Of a stretch of 64,000 nt of DNA, positions 61,134-64,000 are shown piece after piece (position 1 is the first letter of the stretch; each line of letters begins with the position of its first letter). The translations under genes were made by a program, and so were the position numbers. This stretch comes from Nageia nagi. Its lineage: Eukaryota > Plantae > Pinophyta. The stretch lies in the NCBI GenBank assembly GCA_050084985.1, contig JBITNC010000001.1, positions 69,502,001-69,566,000 on the forward strand, in the 5' to 3' direction. Under the pieces are notes generated by a model. The model saw nothing but the letters and a program-made list of their open reading frames with translations, was not told the origin of the DNA and ran no database searches.

Positions 61134-62185
61134 TGTGATGTCCCCCTTAAATATGTAATGGGACCTGTTGGGTCATCTTGTATTATATTTACTTAGTGAG
61201 TTTTCATGTAACTCATTGTAACTTAAGATAGGAATAATAATGGGTATTGTGAACCCCGTTGTGAGCCCCAAGTGGGACATCTCCCTCTAGTAGAATAGGT
61301 TTGTGTGATGTGTGGAGATCCTAAATTATGGGAATCTTAAGATATATTGATACATTTATGGATTGGATGGATACTATCATGCTTGCACAATATTAGGAAG
61401 GGTCCCACATCCCCACATTGGTACTTGAGCACTACAGGATCCCTATGTTGGCACATTGGGCCATTATGACCCCCATGTTGACATGGTTGACCTCTTTGAC
61501 ACCAATGTTGGATTAGATGGGCCTGGGATGATTTCGAGGTGAGATTCGAACATGATGTAAAGTATAAATAAACATGAGGCCTTTGTTGGTAATTACATTT
61601 GATTATTATACACTTTATATTAGACCTTCGAGAAATAAGTCTCAGCGATGCTAAGCAACTCTTCATAGGTAGAGTGTCTAGAGGGTAGGTAAGCATTGGG
61701 ATCTTGATTATCTATGGCTTTGGTGGAGCACCAAGCCCTTTTGATGGCATTTCGAGGATACACTTCTTCCTTCATTGGATATCTAGTGTTTGAGGAGGGC
61801 TCCTTCAGTGGAGAGGATTCAGAGTCTAAGGGAGTGTGTCTATCCCATGGTTTGATAGAATATCAATGAGGGTTTCACATTATTATGCCCTAGTTGGCTC
61901 CTTGGAGGCCAACGTCTAGTTGTAGGAGCTAGGGTTTATATTGCTATTCATCTCATACCATAATACAGGTTGTTGGGCATTAGATCTCGATGTTGTATTA
62001 TTCATATTGTGTGTGGGGCATCATTGAGCATCATTATTCCATAATTATGCACACATGGTGTTTGTAGCATTTGTTTATGTTGATTTTTTGTATTATGTCC
62101 ATCATGGATGTTGTAGAGTTGTGTTTTCATCATTGTAAGCATTTTTTGGGTGTTTAGTGTGATTGGAAGCCTTAGGGGGTTAACA
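61134..62185 (+). mobile_element. Probable old Gypsy solo LTR
   Basis: TGTGATGTCCCC...GGGGTTAACA termini; flanks TCAAG/TTAGG match only partly. Confidence 0.55.
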
Positions 62186-62360
62186 TTAGGCTTGTGGTAT
62201 TATTTGGTGCCCTAGAGACCCATCATTGGTATTGTGAATGCATTATTGAGGGTGTTGGAAACCCTAGTTTGTGCATTTGATTATTGAGTTTACTAATATT
62301 TGATTTGAGGCTCATTTTGGATCCTCACATCAAGGATGCCCTAGTTAAGAGGCCATTGAG

Positions 62361-63379
62361 CACCACTAGGAAAAGGCTTATTTGCGTCACAAAAATATTT
62401 TTAAATACACCAATGCAAATTACATCAAAATGCTTCACCTTACATCGAATTTTTTTTTTCACATTTTTGACATGAATTTTGATGCAAAAAGTGACATAAA
62501 TTTTGATACAAAGTTTGCATCGCATTTCATTAACAAAAATTAAAATGCATTTAACTTGTTGATCGATCCATTAATCGATAATCACATTCACTTTGTCTTC
62601 CATCTATACCAAAAGTGATTACTCAATAGTTAAATACCCTCTTCGAACTATATATATATATCAACAAACCCTCCTCACAATCCTCATATTTCACAAGCTT
62701 CAACTAATTTATTTTCTTAGGTATTCACTTTGTATTTTAATTCCTTAGATTTCATATTTCGATCGTAGCCATGATACCCAAGGCAAAGAAGAAGCCCATA
62801 GAGTAGAAGCCCACAAAGAATAAACCAGTGGTAGAGAAATCTCTGGTTACAAAAAAGAAAACTTCTTTGAAGGCCAATAAGAAATTTCCCAAAGAAGCAA
62901 GCAACAAGAAATGGATAATAACATCAAAATCTTTATTGTATTATTTGGAAAAAATATATCTAATAAATTCATGTTTTTAAAACCTAAACCACTAACCCCA
63001 TTCCTAAATTGGTTCAATGAACCAATGTCATTGCTTAAAGACCTATTAGATAAGGAACTCTAATATATAGAGCAAATCACATAAGTGGATAAAAAATGAG
63101 TGATTATTTTAATAAAATGATTTACCTTATAAAGTCGTAACTTTTGATCTGAATATCATTTTGAACCTATTTTTTCAGTTGCACAATATCAAAAGATCTA
63201 CAAATCTGTAATATCTTCTTGCAAAAATTGATGTAAAATATGACATAAAAACTAACAATCTGATGCAAATATGATGCAAAAATTGTTGAGTCAATTACAT
63301 CGATTTTTGGTGAAAAACATAAAAAATACACTTCATTTAGACACAAAAAATGATGCAAATAGGGGATTTTCTAGTAGTG
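62361..63379. mobile_element. Non-autonomous CACTA (En/Spm) element
   Basis: TIR CACCACTAGGAAAA / TTTTCTAGTAGTG, 3-bp TSD GAG, subterminal TGATGCAAA/TGACATAAA repeats. Confidence 0.85.
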
Positions 63380-63382
63380 GAG

Positions 63383-64000
63383 GGTACATTAAAATTGATG
63401 AGCACTTACTATAATATGATTTTATTACGAGTTCTTATGATCATATACTCCACCTTTAATAATATGAGGGGCAAGGATATTTTCACTATAGTAGTACATG
63501 TTGATGATTTGGTCATTAAGGGAGTACTAAGGAGTTGATCCTATATTGTAAGGATGATCACTCAAAAAAATATTTTACATGATTGATCTTGGTTTACTTA
63601 ATTATTATATTGGATTGTAGATTTACTACATTTATGAGGATTGGTTGGGTAGAATGTGGGCATCCATCTTTGTGAGATTTATTGAAATTTTTAATTATTT
63701 TTATTTCATGTTATTGGTTGAAATAAATAACATCAATTATTCAAAGGAATATTGTGTTTTATAGAGGATTATTTTATTAGAGGGTTAATTTACCTTTCAT
63801 ATACCAAGTCAGATATTTATTATGTTGTTATTTATCTTTATAGGTTTATGCATGAACCTAAGAAAGCTCATTGGATAACAACTAAACGTGTGTTGAGATA
63901 TATTCGTAGTATTGATAACTATTATATCTTGGAGTACATGAATAATGATAAATTCTTTTTGAATAGGTACATAGATGCAAGTTATGGAGGATCCTTGGAT
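63383..64000 (+). mobile_element. Highly decayed Copia RT fragment
   Basis: IVVHVDDLVI, DLGLLNYYIG, RFMHEPKKAHW..KRVLRYI, GYIDASYGG. Confidence 0.8.

Overview
AT-rich eukaryotic genomic DNA, most likely from a large-genome seed plant (gymnosperm-like: very long TE-filled introns, a PLS-type PPR relic; this is inference). Most of the window lies within one minus-strand gene encoding an ERGIC3/Erv46-family ER-Golgi cargo receptor. Eleven GT-AG exons (ATG at 58112, last visible exon ending 9924) splice into 333 uninterrupted codons; the C-terminal exon(s) probably lie left of the window. The introns (up to 23.9 kb) and the upstream region hold nested mobile elements: two decayed Copia elements, several solo LTRs with 5-bp TSDs, three polyA-tailed LINE insertions, an RTE-X/L2-like RT fragment, hAT and CACTA non-autonomous elements, and MITEs. 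A PPR pseudogene lies upstream of the gene. Two observations stand out. (1) Two independent, diverged polyA-tailed elements carry a homologous extra sense ORF near their 3' end (downstream of ORF2 in the L1 copy). (2) A solo-LTR family (3 TSD-flanked copies) carries arrays of 7-12 interspaced ~40-bp palindromes (GCATGCCTCAAAAAGACAA-AATC-TTGTCTTTTTGAGGCATGC) separated by non-repetitive spacers.
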